Part shown: positions 38,865-51,817 of the stretch, piece by piece
How positions within the stretch are numbered: position 1 is the stretch's first letter
Layout of the letters: every line of letters begins with the position of its first letter
Assembly (NCBI RefSeq): GCF_001194135.2
Contig: NC_068981.1
Span: 134,828,567-134,892,566, forward strand
DNA from: Octopus bimaculoides
Taxonomy: Eukaryota
Direction of reading: 5' to 3'
Length of the DNA stretch: 64,000 bases
Position numbers and translations under genes: made by a program
Notes under the pieces: generated by a model
Seen by the model: the letters and a program-made list of their open reading frames with translations, nothing else
What the model was told of the DNA's origin: nothing
Database searches by the model: none

Positions 38865-39482
38865 TGTACGTTCTACTAATGATGTATGTTGAATGTGAAC
38901 CCAGTTGTAAACCACATTAATAAACACCAACTACGACCAATTTGTAGAAGTAGAAATACTTACGATACAGCTAGCATGGTAACAACACTGGTAAATGGTG
39001 TTGGGACTGCCTTATATACAAACAAATACGATAAATGCTGTTGCAGAGAAAAATCAAAATGTCCTTTGATGAATCTCTGTGAGTGCAAATCTTATATATA
39101 AAAGTACCGTGCACACAGGGGAGGGCCCTATGTTTACATTGGGAAGACGGCTGATTCATTTAAGAATCGTTATCATAACTATGTTGCCAGCTTTAAGACA
39201 ATCAATAAGAGACATTCAACATCTTTTGGCAGATTTTGTATGGCGAATGAAGGAGGATAAAATGAAGTACAACATTAATTGGTCCATTGTAAGGTATGCG
39301 AAACCATACAATATAATTTTCAGGAGATGCCATCTCTACTCGAGGAATCCTTGTCTATTCTGTAGACTAATGAGAAGATAATTAATAGAATTAATAAAAT
39401 AGAAGATAAATTAATAGAATTTTGAGATGCCTACACGCATATAAATGTACTTTCGCACAATGCAGTGAGAAGGAATTTTGAG
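38865..39482 (+). pseudogene. Decayed PLE C-terminal region: RT thumb end, CxCx5C linker, GIY-YIG endonuclease
   Basis: Frameshifted translation MLNVNPVVNHINKHQL ... KCCCREKSKCPLMNLC ... NLIYKSTV ... PYVYIGKTADSFKNRYHNY ... LADFVWRMKE...YNINWSIV...KPYN...RCHL ... LRCLHAYK. IY..YIG bipartite motif, catalytic R (FKNRY) and CCHH-type residues. Confidence 0.8.
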
Positions 39483-40444
39483 TAACCGTTAACTTAATTT
39501 ACTTTAAGGTATGGATGACTTAAGTTTACTTTTAACCTCCCCATTCTTATAAATACCAAGTAGATAACTAACTCGCTTTATGATCATGAGTGCACCAAAC
39601 CTTACGTGTGCGTATGCTCACATTTTTGTGGATGCTTGTATGAGCAAGTGTACTCGCACCATGCAGCTGCCTGAGGGTGTTCATACACCATATCTATTAA
39701 TGGTTATTTTTTATACTTTTCTTGCTGGATTGTGTGTCCATTTCTCTTTTTGCCATCTGTGATTTTATTTTTGATCTTCTATATAAATGAAGATATTTCC
39801 TCTGTCTGGCTGCTTTTCTTTCTATAAAATGGAAAGTTACATTGCGGAACAGTTATTTGAACGAGTTGTATTTATTTATCACCCAACAAGATACATCTGC
39901 ACCACCAGATGCTTCTGAACCAGTTGTTGAGTGTCCCATCCAAGAGGAATCAATGCTAGATGTGTCGAAACAATTGTCGTGATTAATAATAAATTCTCTT
40001 ATTTTCCATCTTCCGTCTTTCATTTGCCATATATGTATATATGTGTGTGTATATATATATATATATAATTCTAACAGTCTGGTTTTCACTTTTTATTATT
40101 TTCAATTTTACAATATTGAAATAAATTAGTACTTTCATGCATTACACAATCATCAGGTTTATGTAGTGACACCTATGTCAATTGTGGAACACGACTGTCA
40201 CTACATAAACCTGATGATTGCAAAATGCATGAAAGTACTAGTTTATATCAATACTGTAAATATCAAAATACACACACACATACATATTACTTTTGATTCA
40301 CCAGTTCTACAGTTCATGTATGGAAATATAATTTTAAAATTTATAATATATATGTCATTGTGTTTGTGTTGGTTTTAAACTCATATTGATATTTTCTATT
40401 TTTCCATCTCTGTCACACACTCTTTCTCTCTCTCTCTTTTTCAG

Positions 40445-40639
40445 TTCTGTGAAAGCAATGATTTAGAATTCCTGCCTATGCGTTGTTGGATTGGATTCTG
40501 GGTTACTGTGATAGCCGCAGTAGTTGTGGCCTTAGAAGGCAGCTTTCTCGTGAAATTTGTTACCAGATTCACAGAGGAAATTTTTGCTATATTGATTTCT
40601 CTTATCTTTATCTATGAAGTCATTAAAAAATTAACAGAT
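40445..40639 (+). CDS. SLC4A2: SLC4 exon: FCESNDLEFLPMRCWIG...TRFTEEIFAILISLIFIYEVIKKLTD
   Basis: Acceptor tttcAG at 40443-44, donor GAT|GTAATT at 40640. Phase 0-0. Confidence 0.95.
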
Positions 40640-40768
40640 GTAATTATTTTTACTTATTCTTATTTCTTTCTTTTCTCCTTCTTGCATTCACATCAGTATC
40701 ACCTAAGATTTTTATAATTCCTTTGCTTGCAACTTCATTACAGTTTAATAGTATATTACTGAGAGCTA

Positions 40769-40819
<51 letters not shown>

Positions 40820-42342
40820 NNNNNNNNNNNNNNNNNNNNNNNNNNNNNNNNNNNNNNNNNNNNNNNNNNNNNNNNNNNNNNNNNNNNNNNNNNNNNNNNN
40901 NNNNNNNNNNNNNNNNNNNNNNNNNNNNNNNNNNNNNNNNNNNNNNNNNNNNNNNNNNNNNNNNNNNNNNNNNNNNNNNNNNNNNNNNNNNNNNNNNNNN
41001 NNNNNNNNNNNNNNNNNNNNNNNNNNNNNNNNNNNNNNNNNNNNNNNNNNNNNNNNNNNNNNNNNNNNNNNNNNNNNNNNNNNNNNNNNNNNNNNNNNNN
41101 NNNNNNNNNNNNNNNNNNNNNNNNNNNNNNNNNNNNNNNNNNNNNNNNNNNNNNNNNNNNNNNNNNNNNNNNNNNNNNNNNNNNNNNNNNNNNNNNNNNN
41201 NNNNNNNNNNNNNNNNNNNNNNNNNNNNNNNNNNNNNNNNNNNNNNNNNNNNNNNNNNNNNNNNNNNNNNNNNNNNNNNNNNNNNNNNNNNNNNNNNNNN
41301 NNNNNNNNNNNNNNNNNNNNNNNNNNNNNNNNNNNNNNNNNNNNNNNNNNNNNNNNNNNNNNNNNNNNNNNNNNNNNNNNNNNNNNNNNNNNNNNNNNNN
41401 NNNNNNNNNNNNNNNNNNNNNNNNNNNNNNNNNNNNNNNNNNNNNNNNNNNNNNNNNNNNNNNNNNNNNNNNNNNNNNNNNNNNNNNNNNNNNNNNNNNN
41501 NNNNNNNTATATATAAAGTTAATCAAATTAGGAGAGGCAGTAACTATGACATTTTCAGATCTGCTTAGATTGGTGACATTGATGTGATCAGTTAATGTTC
41601 AACTTCAACACCTGTTGGTTGGGATTCAGAACCAATTCTATCAAGTGGGTCACCATTCTGGAGAGATATAGGAAGGATTGGGCACCACAATACAGCATTC
41701 CTCTTTGATTTTGTTTTTATTATATTATATTTTTTTAATTTTCTTAACTAAATATTTTTTTCTTTACTGTAATTCACACCTACATTGTCCATCATTGTTT
41801 CCTTATATATTGAAATATATTTTTTTATGTGCTTGAGAAGACCTGTCAAGCCAAGTGAAATAAATCATAGTCGAGGCCAATGACAGTGTCACATAACTGG
41901 CTCCTATGCCAGTGGTATGTAAAAAGCACCCTTCGAACTTTGGGCCTCATGGAGGCAGTGACAAGTGACCGAAACCTCTGGCAATATACCATGCTTGAGA
42001 AAACCTGTCAAGCCAAGTGAGATCGTAGTCATGCCCAATGCTAATGTTTCATAACTGGCACGTATAAAGCACCCACTACACTCTTGGAGTGGTTGGCATT
42101 AGGAAGGGTACCATGCCAAATCAGATTGAAACCTGGTGCAGCTTACCAGTTTTGAGTCAAAATGTCCAATCCATGCCAGCATGTAAAATGGACATTAAAT
42201 GATAATGTTACCTCCTATTAAGCTGGCACTGTTTGCTTGCTTCCAAATGTTGTTATAGACTCATTGTGGTTGCTTTCTAACAAATCTCTATTGGTATCAA
42301 CATTCCTTCTGCTTATTACCTGTCATAGATATATCCTAATTA

Positions 42343-43000
42343 AGGTGGTGAGCTGGCAGAATTGTTAGCACACCAGGCAAAATGCTTAGCGGCATTTTGT
42401 CTGTCTTCACATTCTGAGTTCAAATTCCACTGTGGTCAACTTTGCCTTTCATCCTTTCAGGCTCAATAAAATAAGTACCAGTTGTGTACTGGGGTTGATG
42501 TAATTAACTATCCCCTCTCCTAAACTTCAGGCTTTGTGCCAGTAGTAGAAAGGATTATTATTGTTATTATTAAGGCAGAAATCTGGCAGAATCGTTACCA
42601 CACTGGACAAAATGCTTAGCAGTACTTCGCCTGTCACTACATTCTGAGTTCAAATTCCGCCAAGGTCGACTTTGCCTTTCATCCTTTCAGGCTCAATAAA
42701 ATAAGTACCAGTTGTGTACTGGGGTCAATGTAATTGACTAGTTCCCTCCCCAAAATTTCCAGGCGTTGTGCCATTAGTAGAAAGGATTATTAAGGCAGTG
42801 AGTTGGCAGAATCATTAGCATGCCTAGCAAAATACTTGGCACCATTTCATCCATCTTCACATTCTGCCAGGGTCAGCTTTGCCTTTCATCCTTTCAGGGT
42901 CAATGAAATAAGTACCAGTTGAACACTGGGATCAATGCAATAAACTTAACCCCGTCCACCAAACTTGCTGGCCATGTGCCAAAATTTAAACTTATTATTA

Positions 43001-43030
<30 letters not shown>
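42343..43030 (+). mobile_element. Three tandem copies of SINE family B ending in (ATT)n next to an exon acceptor
   Basis: Heads at about 42343, 42573 and 42793; each copy about 220 bp with an (ATT)n tail. Confidence 0.85.
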
Positions 43031-43031
<1 letters not shown>

Positions 43032-43046
43032 GTTTTATTTTTACAG

Positions 43047-43370
43047 ATTTATCAAAAATACCCATTGATAGCTGATTGTGAATCCTGTTGTCCAAATATT
43101 GTTCTTCCAAGCTTCAATAGCAGTAATTCTTTAGAACCAGTGTCTGAAATACCATACACTCTATTTAATTCCTCCATGGGTGCCACAGCGGACCAAGCTC
43201 ACATGACAACTGAGTCTGGGGTTGAGGAGAATTTAAAAGGTCAAAATCGTTACACAAAAAATTCTAATCAACCAAATACTGCACTGCTGTCAACAATTTT
43301 GGCTCTAGGAACATTTTTTATAGCATATTTCCTCAGAATATTCAGAAATAGCAAATTTCTTGGGAGAAGT
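43047..43370 (+). CDS. SLC4A2: SLC4 exon: IYQKYPL, large extracellular loop, QPNTALLS...FRNSKFLGRS
   Basis: Acceptor ttacAG at 43045-46, donor AGT|GTAAGT at 43371. The loop has Cys residues (CESCC) and two N-S-S sequons. Confidence 0.93.
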
Positions 43371-45759
43371 GTAAGTAAAACATCTAATTCTTGTTAACTC
43401 TCACTCTCTTTTTCTGCCTCTCTGTCACACTCTAATCTTTCATCATCTGACACAAGATCCCAAGTGCCCCCTCCCCTCTCAAAGACTCTTTATTTTGCAA
43501 AGTCACTTGGTGACCCCCACCAGTGCAGATGCCACCTAAAAAGCACCCAGTCTACACTTTAAAGTGGTTGGCATTTGGAAGGACATCCAACTGTAAAAAC
43601 CATGCCAAAAACTGACCTCACCTGTGCAAATGCCATGTAAAAAACACTCAGCCCACTCTATGGAGTGGCTGGTGTTAGGAAGGGCATCCAGATGTAAAAA
43701 CCATGCCGAAACACACTCAGGAGCATGGTGCAGGCTCCCGCCAGGCGAGCTCCTGTCAAACCATCCAACCCATGTCATTGTGGAAGGAGAACATTAAACG
43801 ATGATGATGATGAGTATCTCTGTTGTTTTTGCATCCCCTCCTCCTCCACCATCTCAACCCTGATTCAGCAGATCTATTACTGAAGGTGTTCCAAACATGA
43901 CCAACCTCTCATTTATCTAGACATCGCATATCTAGGGTACATCATGTAAGATCCCCTTCTTATTTTAAGACAATATATATTGTCTTATTTGAGGCAAGTG
44001 AAATCGAAATTGAGTTAAATTCAACGACTGGCACCCATGCCAACGTCGTCTCATTCATTGGACACGAAACTCAATTTGCGAAGACTTATTGGGGCAAGCG
44101 AAAGTGAAATTGTGATGGCACCTGTGCCCAGCGTTGCCTGACTGGCCTTCGTGCTAGTGGTACGTAAAAGCACCCACTACACTCTCTGAGTGGTTGGTGT
44201 TAGGAAGGGCATCCAGCTGTAGAAACTCTGCCAAATCAGATTGGAGCCTGGTGTAGCCATCTGGTTTCACCAGTCCTCAGTCAAATCGTCCAACCCATGC
44301 TAGCATAGAAAGCGGACGTTAAACGACGATGATGATGATGATGATGATGGATCTCAGTATCATTAAGGTGCTGGACAGAATACTTTGCAGTATTTATTTG
44401 TTTAAAATCTCAGCTTTCTTTCTACATTGTCTCTAATGATTAAGAAAATGGTACTGTTGCAAGGTAAACATCCAATTTTAAATAGGAGCAGGTATAACTA
44501 GTGTAATAGTTAGTCGCACAGCTGCCATAGTTGTGATTTACAATCAGTTTTCATGTTCTGCTCTATATTGTTAATAAGACTTACATTTTCAACACCAGGT
44601 AATGCTAAAATGTTTGCTTCTGAGTAGAAGCAAGTTCAGCTCTTGCCTTCAAATGAAAGATTATGACTGTAACCTACACCTATGTAGAACCAGCACCAGG
44701 GTATTCAGCGCTTTAGGTTATCCCTACAATGTACGCCTCTTTCTCCCATCCCTCTAGTGTGTACCTCCAAACTCTACACTGTGTGACCCTTTCCCTGTTC
44801 CTACAATGTCTACTCCCTCATCCCAGTCCTACAGCATACATCCTCTTCTCCCTGCTGTACAGTGTGTACCCCTTCTCTCAGCCCTACATTATGCACTTCT
44901 ATCACACAACCCTATAATGTATGCCACTTCTACATTTTTTCTACAACTTCCTCCAGTTATCACCCTTTTTACTCCAGTTGAAAAATGCAATCAAAATATC
45001 ATAAATATGATAATATATATTCTTGAATAAATCTATTATCTGGCAAAATTTGAAATTTTCGAAACACCATACAACCCTCTTCTCACCTGCCCTCCATCCT
45101 TCACTGTACTTGGAGTGATCTCACCTGTTCTGTTTTGTGTTTATACTGTATTTGACAGCATATAAGATGCGTTTTTTCTGAAACATATCTCAAAAACTTC
45201 ATCCTAAGACCTATATGCAAAGTTGGGCCTACATATAACCCATGCCAGCACGAAAGTCATTAAATGATGATGTATATTACATGCTTTAGTTTACTAAAAA
45301 CTTTTCCACCAGAATATGTAATGCTGAAACTAGGATACGTCTAATATGCCAGTGTGTCTTTTATACCATTAAATATAGTAGTCTAACTTAGAAATTATGT
45401 ATCAATTGTTGAGAATTTAATTGATATGCTTAAGTTTTAGCTCCCTAGGTGATCATTTTGTCTGTTGAGCACTATCCCTACACTAACATTAATATAATGT
45501 TAAGAAAGTTAGGATCCTATGAGTTTAACCTGTCTAATTTAGGGCTTAAAGTTCCTAAGCAGATGGATCTCTTTTTCATAAAAAGAGATAAAAATGTCCC
45601 TGGGTGGTTGGTTCTGTGCATATCTTTTTTTTCTTATTTTAGTTTTTAAAGTGTCTTATTTTATTTAGTTTAATGTTTATGAAGAAAAATGTCTTCTTTT
45701 ACAACATATTCTGTGTTTATTTCTGAACAGTGGATGATTTTTACTTATTTTATTTATAG

Positions 45760-45849
45760 GCGCGGAGAGCACTTGGTGATTTTGGAATTCTAATAGCTCT
45801 TGTAGTTATGGTGCTGCTAGATGTGTTAATAAAAGACACTTGTACACAG
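45760..45849 (+). CDS. SLC4A2: SLC4 exon: ARRALGDFGILIALVVMVLLDVLIKDTCTQ
   Basis: Acceptor ttatAG at 45758-59, donor CAG|GTAGGT at 45850. Phase 0-0. Too short for the ORF track; RRxxGDFG motif. Confidence 0.92.
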
Positions 45850-45977
45850 GTAGGTAAATCATCACAAATTATCTTTTATAACTGTTTATAGCTAGCATGT
45901 TACAAGTCTTACCTTTCTCTCTTTTATGTTTTTTTACTTTGTATTTAATTTTCTTTTTCTTTCTTTCATCTTTTCAG

Positions 45978-46144
45978 AAACTTGAGGTATCGGATGAATT
46001 TGCACCTACAGCACCAAACAAACGTGGCTGGTTCATTAATCCAATGGGAATGAAGAAAACATTTGAAGTTTGGTTAATCTTTGCTTCAATTATTCCGGCT
46101 TTCCTTATATTTATACTTCTATTCATGGAAGTACAAATCACTGA
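45978..46144 (+). CDS. SLC4A2: SLC4 exon: KLEVSDEF...RGWFINP...FILLFMEVQIT
   Basis: Acceptor tttcAG at 45976-77, donor GA|GTAAGT at 46145. Phase 0-2. Confidence 0.95.
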
Positions 46145-46319
46145 GTAAGTCTGAAACCTTCTTTTTGTGTTGTTGTTGTTCTTCTTCTTCTAGTAGACAT
46201 CCCTCAGTTAACTAGTTGGTATAAAAATCAATTCTAGCTGTCAATAACTTGGCAAAGTTTACTTTTAAGTAGTTATAAGACTCTGTTAATTCTTGAACTA
46301 ATTTAAGTTATTTATCTTT

Positions 46320-46925
46320 ATCTTTTATCCTTCTACTGTTTTCAGTCATTGGACTGTGGCCATGCTGGGGCACTGCTTTGAAGGGTTTTTGTCAAATAAA
46401 TTGAGCCCTGTTCTTCTTTTTAAGTCTGGTACTTATTCTGTTGGCCTCTTTTCCTGAACTGTTTAAGTAATTTACAGGGATGTAAACAAACCATTGTTTG
46501 TTGGGTGGTGGTGGGAGATAAACACAAAAGCACACACACACATGCACACACATATACACATGCACATACACAGTGGGCTTCCACTTAGTTTCCATTTATC
46601 AAATTCACCCACAAGGTAGAAGACACTTCCGTAAGGTGCCATGCATCAGGACAAAACCAGAAACCACATGGTTTTAAAGTGAGCCTTTCCTAGACTGTGA
46701 TATTGAATAGAAACAGACAGCTATATGGTAAGTAGCTTGCTTACCAACCACATGGTTCTGGGTTCAGTCCCACTGCATGGCACCTTGGGCAAGTGTCTTT
46801 TACTATAGCCTCAGGCTGACCAAAGCCTTGTAAGTGGATTTGGTAGACGGAAACTGAAAGACGCTTGTCGTAAAGGCAGTGCTCCAGCATGGCCACAGTC
46901 AAATGACTGAAACAAATAAAAGAAT
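46320..46925. mobile_element. Two SINE family A copies in head-to-head inverted orientation
   Basis: Minus copy about 46320-46690, plus copy about 46720-46925 (internally deleted). Confidence 0.75.
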
Positions 46926-47004
46926 AAATACTTGCAATTCTTTGCATTTGCATTTGTAGAACTAAATGTTTTTTTGTTTTGTTTTTTTTTCTGTTTTTTT
47001 CCAG

Positions 47005-47249
47005 AACCATAATGGACAAAAAAATGAGGAAAGGTTCGGGTTACCATTTGGATATGATGCTAGTTGGCGTACTGGTTAGTATTTGTGCATTACTTGGTTT
47101 ACCATGGATGTGTGCTGCAACAGTACGGTCAGTGGCACATAAGTCAGCCCTTAGTGTATTCAGCCGAACACATGCTCCAGGTGAAAAACCAAAATTATTA
47201 TACGTCCAAGAGCAGCGTCTCACAAGTATATTGGTCAGTATTTTGATAG
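47005..47249 (+). CDS. SLC4A2: SLC4 exon: TIMDKKMRKGSGYHLD...AATVRSVAH...EQRLTSILVSILI
   Basis: Acceptor ttccAG at 47003-04, donor G|GTATGT at 47250. Phase 2-1. Confidence 0.95.
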
Positions 47250-47598
47250 GTATGTTTCAGTTTTTTATTTATATTTATTTGCTCCTAATCCTGTGTTTTA
47301 TTTCATTCCTTTGCATTTTTGGCTATTTAAACCCTCTTTTGTTTTTGTTGTTGATATAGAACTTATGTCAGCATGTTGTTTATATTTCTATACTTCAGTG
47401 TGTTGCATGTCTTTGAGCAATAACTGTTTTTGTTTTCCATACCTCTCTCTCTCCCTCTCTCTCTCTCATTTTACTTTCACTTTTACAACTATGCACTTCA
47501 CACACACACAAACAAACAAACACAGACATGCACATGCAAACACATAAACACCACTCACAAACACATTGTCATGCATGTACTCACAAACACATGTATAC

Positions 47599-47657
<59 letters not shown>

Positions 47658-48849
47658 TTGAATCCATCCCATGTGATACCTTGTGGTAATGTCTTCCACC
47701 ATAGCCTTAGTTCAGCCAAACCCTTGTGTATGAAATTTGTAAAACAGAAACTATGTGGAAGCCCTTCAAATGGGTAACTCTCTTACTTGGGTGGTAAACT
47801 TAAGCTGTTACCCAATTTGACACCACTTCTTGGTCCTTGGATGCGTTTAGTGAAGCCCACTCTGTTGCAAGCATTCAGGACAGGTCTTTGGTTTGAGGAT
47901 AACTTCTCCCTCCTTTCCACCCTTCTATCAGTTTCAGAAGGATAATGGTTGGCCATTCCTTCATTGACTAAACCATTAAACACACACACACTATATCATG
48001 CACCACATATCACACACATCCCCCACATCACACACACACCACTTCTCTCTCACATATACACACTTTACATCTCTCTCTCGCACACACACACATACACACG
48101 CACTTCATGGTTTAGTTCTGAATACTAATTTCTGTCACTGTTATGTTAAAATCCATTTTACCCCCATTTCGCATGTTTCTTGTTTTGTTGTACCTTAGGA
48201 GGGTCATTATGCCAATAATAAACACCTGCACTGGTTCTGTTTCACTTCTTTGTTTCATATTTTTATACATTATTGACATTTCATCTCATCTTTTCCTTTT
48301 CTGCCCAGCACTATTCTCTCAAGAGGGGATTTCATTTCCTTTTGGATTTTATTAATTTTTTTTACTTGAATAAAACACATGCAAGGGCAAACAATAAAGA
48401 ATTAATTATTACTAAAAAGCACAAAACAATTATATATTTTTTATATAAATTCTGGATCAGTGCTAATAGCTTTGATAAAAATATGAATGTGTGTATATAT
48501 GTATGCATGTATATGTGTATGTTTAAGTGTGTGTCTATATGTGTGTGTGTCTATATATATATATATCAATTATAATCAAGGATAAAATCTATATAGGATT
48601 TTATCAAGTAGCTAGCTTGTAAAAACTTTCGGTTTTGTTATACTGAGGACAGTGAAGTGGTATTACATCACTAAACCAGAAACCGATCTGTGGCTAAACT
48701 TTTTCAAAGAATCTTTTTTGTTCATTCCCTCACTTTCAGTTCATGTCTATGTGATAAATAAAGTAGTTTAGAATCATTTGGCATCTTCTTCTAGCATGTG
48801 GCATTAGTTGGTAGTTGCCCTTATTATAATTTTATAATTATAGTTATAA

Positions 48850-49615
48850 AATTAAGCCTCACCGAGGCAATGACTTGTGACCGAGACCTTTGGAAATATG
48901 CTGTGCATGAGAAAACCTGGCAAGCCAAGTGAGACCATAACCCATGGCCTTTACCAGGTGTGTAGCCAGTCCGCTTATGTGTACCATTCCTTCTTTGGAC
49001 ACAAAACCCTGCTTGCAAAGACCTGTTGAGGCAAGTGAAATCGAAATTGAAAACAAAAAAGAAATTGAACCAAATTTGTTGACTGGCACCCATGCCAACC
49101 TTCCCTCATTGGACACTAAACTCAGTTTGCGAAGACCTATTGGGGCAAGTGAGATCGAAACTGAACCAAATTCAATGACTGGCACCCGTGCCAGTGGAGC
49201 GCTAACAGCACCATCCGAGTGGGATCACTGCCAGAGCAGCAGTCTCGCTTCCATGCCGATGGCACATAAAAAGTACCATTTGAGCGCGATCATTTCTAGC
49301 TTCGCCTTACTGGCACTCGTGCCGGTGGCATGTGAACAAAACATTGGACTGACTCCTCTGCAGGTGGCATGTAAAAAAACACCATTTGAGCGTGGCCGTT
49401 GCCAGTACCACTGGACTGGCCCTTGTGCTGGTGGCACATAAAAAGCACCCACTACACTCTCGGAGTGGTTGGCGTTAGGAAGGGCATCCAGGTGTAAAAA
49501 CTCTGCCAGATCAGATTAGAGTCTGGTGTAACCATCTGGTTCGCTAGTCCCCAGTCAAATCGTCCAACCCATGCTAGCATGGAAAGCAGACGTTAAATGA
49601 TGATGATGATGATGA
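48850..49615 (+). mobile_element. Longest copy of the (GAT)n-tailed retroposon, with internally reiterated modules
   Basis: Same tail as 1-228. Shorter copies at about 41836-42207, 43527-43812, 43985-44348, 56830-57046, 57300-57668. Confidence 0.7.
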
Positions 49616-51817
49616 TACTTTGTGTGTGTATGTGTATATATATCATCATCATCATCATCATCATTGTTTAACGTACATCTTCCATGCATGCATGGAATAT
49701 ATAATGAGTCTCATACAAATCTTGGCAAATCAACTTGAAAACATCTCAACACATCTTTGGTTAACAGATTACTCTGAAAGAAAGTTTTCTAAAGTCATTC
49801 AACTGGTCGGTATGGTAATCCATACAGAGTTAAGCAATAGTTTACCAGTCCTGGAAATCTGTGCATATATCAGAGATATAATTAGTACATATTACTGGTG
49901 TAGCCCCCTAGCTTACCAGCTCTGGTCAAACTGTCTAACCCATGCCAGCATGGACAATGGACAGTAAATGATGATGATGATAATTACGTAGCATATTATT
50001 TAGTCAACAAAAGAATGGATAGCTTAAAAACATCACTACGCACATTTCAGCAGTGTGGCTGTTTATTACAATACAAAATACATTACATAACATATTACAC
50101 AATGTTATGTCAATCCACACTGTTGTGTAACCACACTATTTCTTCAGGTGATATTCAGCCTTCATTTGCCAAAATACAATCTATAAAGATAAAGATGCAA
50201 TCTATAAGGATAAAAATATTTATAAACCAACTGAATGAAATAAGGATTTTCAATGGGTGGAGATATTAAAGCTTGCAGCCAACTAGGCAGTTAAATTAAT
50301 ATATGAACATACTTGAAGGGGAGTGGCCAAGAGGTCTTATCAGATGTTGGATTCTACAGCAAAGAGAATTTTTGATGGGCAGCTAATTTCCTGTAATAAA
50401 CAATGCAGCTGTCATTAAACAGAATCTGAAAAGTTATCAGTGATCCTCATTTAAGATGTGGCTCCAACATAACTATAAGAGCACAACAATCATTAAGGTA
50501 AATTGATAAGAGAATACAGCTTGCTGCTATGAGACGAATGTGAAGTATATCATACACGTGTGTATTTACACATATATGCTGAATAATATATACTCAGTCA
50601 GGGATGGAGAAGATTAAACTTTATGCATAAACACACCAAAAAACTACATTTACACAAGTAATCAACATACTCATGCAAATACATGCACTAATGGTTATTT
50701 AGGTGTGTGTATATACACAGACATTCCACAAATACATGTTCTATTAAATCATGCTAAATAGCATTGCCACAACTACCAACATATACACATACGTACACTT
50801 GTAAGAAAGGGCAAAGGGCAAAGACCCCCTTCGGTCATGAATGACCATGGGATTACTCCTAAAATGTTACCCTCCAAGGCACAAGTCCGAGCAAGGTTGT
50901 TTATGGAAGACCAGCAGTCACCCATGCATACCAGCCTCCCCTCTCCATACCACCGATGTTACCCAAGGGAAAGGCAAAGGCTGATGCAGCTTGGCACCAG
51001 TGACATCACAACTCAATTCTACAGTTAGTTGAACTGGAGCAATATGAAATAAAGTGCCTTACTCAAGGACACAACACACAGCTTGATCCAGGAATGAAAC
51101 TCATTACCTCATGATTGTGAGCCAGTCGCTCTAACCACTGAACCATGGACACTACCTATAATAAACCACAAAATAGAATAGTATGTATTCCTTGCTTAGG
51201 GGTCCAAGATGAACTTGGCCAACAAAGTGTAGTTGTCTTTCCTTTCAAATACAATGCTCTAATGTTTAACATTTTTGATTCTCCTGAGACCACTCCTAGT
51301 TCTATGATATAAACACCCTGTTTTAAAGTGATTTAAATTAAAATTTTCTATCAAAATTTTGTGTTAATTTATGTTCTCAACACCAACTCAATAACGACAG
51401 TTATTTAACTAAATTCTTAAGTATTTTTAAAATTGAAACAAAGGAAGTGTATTTCTATGGAAATAAGGTAACAAGGGTTAAGGGAACATAACCACACAAG
51501 AGGAAAACCTGTGTGGTTAAATATTCCCTTATTCAGAGCAATAGCTGTCATGTCAAAGTATCTTTGATCCTCCGTTTTACTTTTGTGCAGTCATTTGACT
51601 GTGGCCATGCTGGGTCATCACCTTCAAGGTTTAGTCAAACAAATCAACTCCAGGACTTATTTTTCAAGTCTGGTACCTAATCTATTATTCCCTTATGCCA
51701 AATTCCTAAGTTACAGGGATATAAACAAACCAACACCGGTTGTCAAGTGGTGAAAGGGAATAGACACAAAGACACATGCTCACACACACATATACAATGG
51801 GCTTCCACACAGTTTCT

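Larger units (their letters stand above)
1133..41507. other. Assembly gaps (N runs) at 1133-1480, 8294-8303, 9176-9735, 26944-27588 and 40820-41507
   Basis: Directly visible; most abut dinucleotide microsatellites. Confidence 0.99.

Noticed and set aside
45850-45859. Tandem donor GTAG-GTAAAT after the 90-nt exon
   Set aside because: Use of the second GT would add 4 nt and shift the frame; no support for functional use.
48944-49441. 165-aa ORF with apparent internal repeats
   Set aside because: It lies entirely within the modular (GAT)n-tailed retroposon; other copies do not keep the frame.
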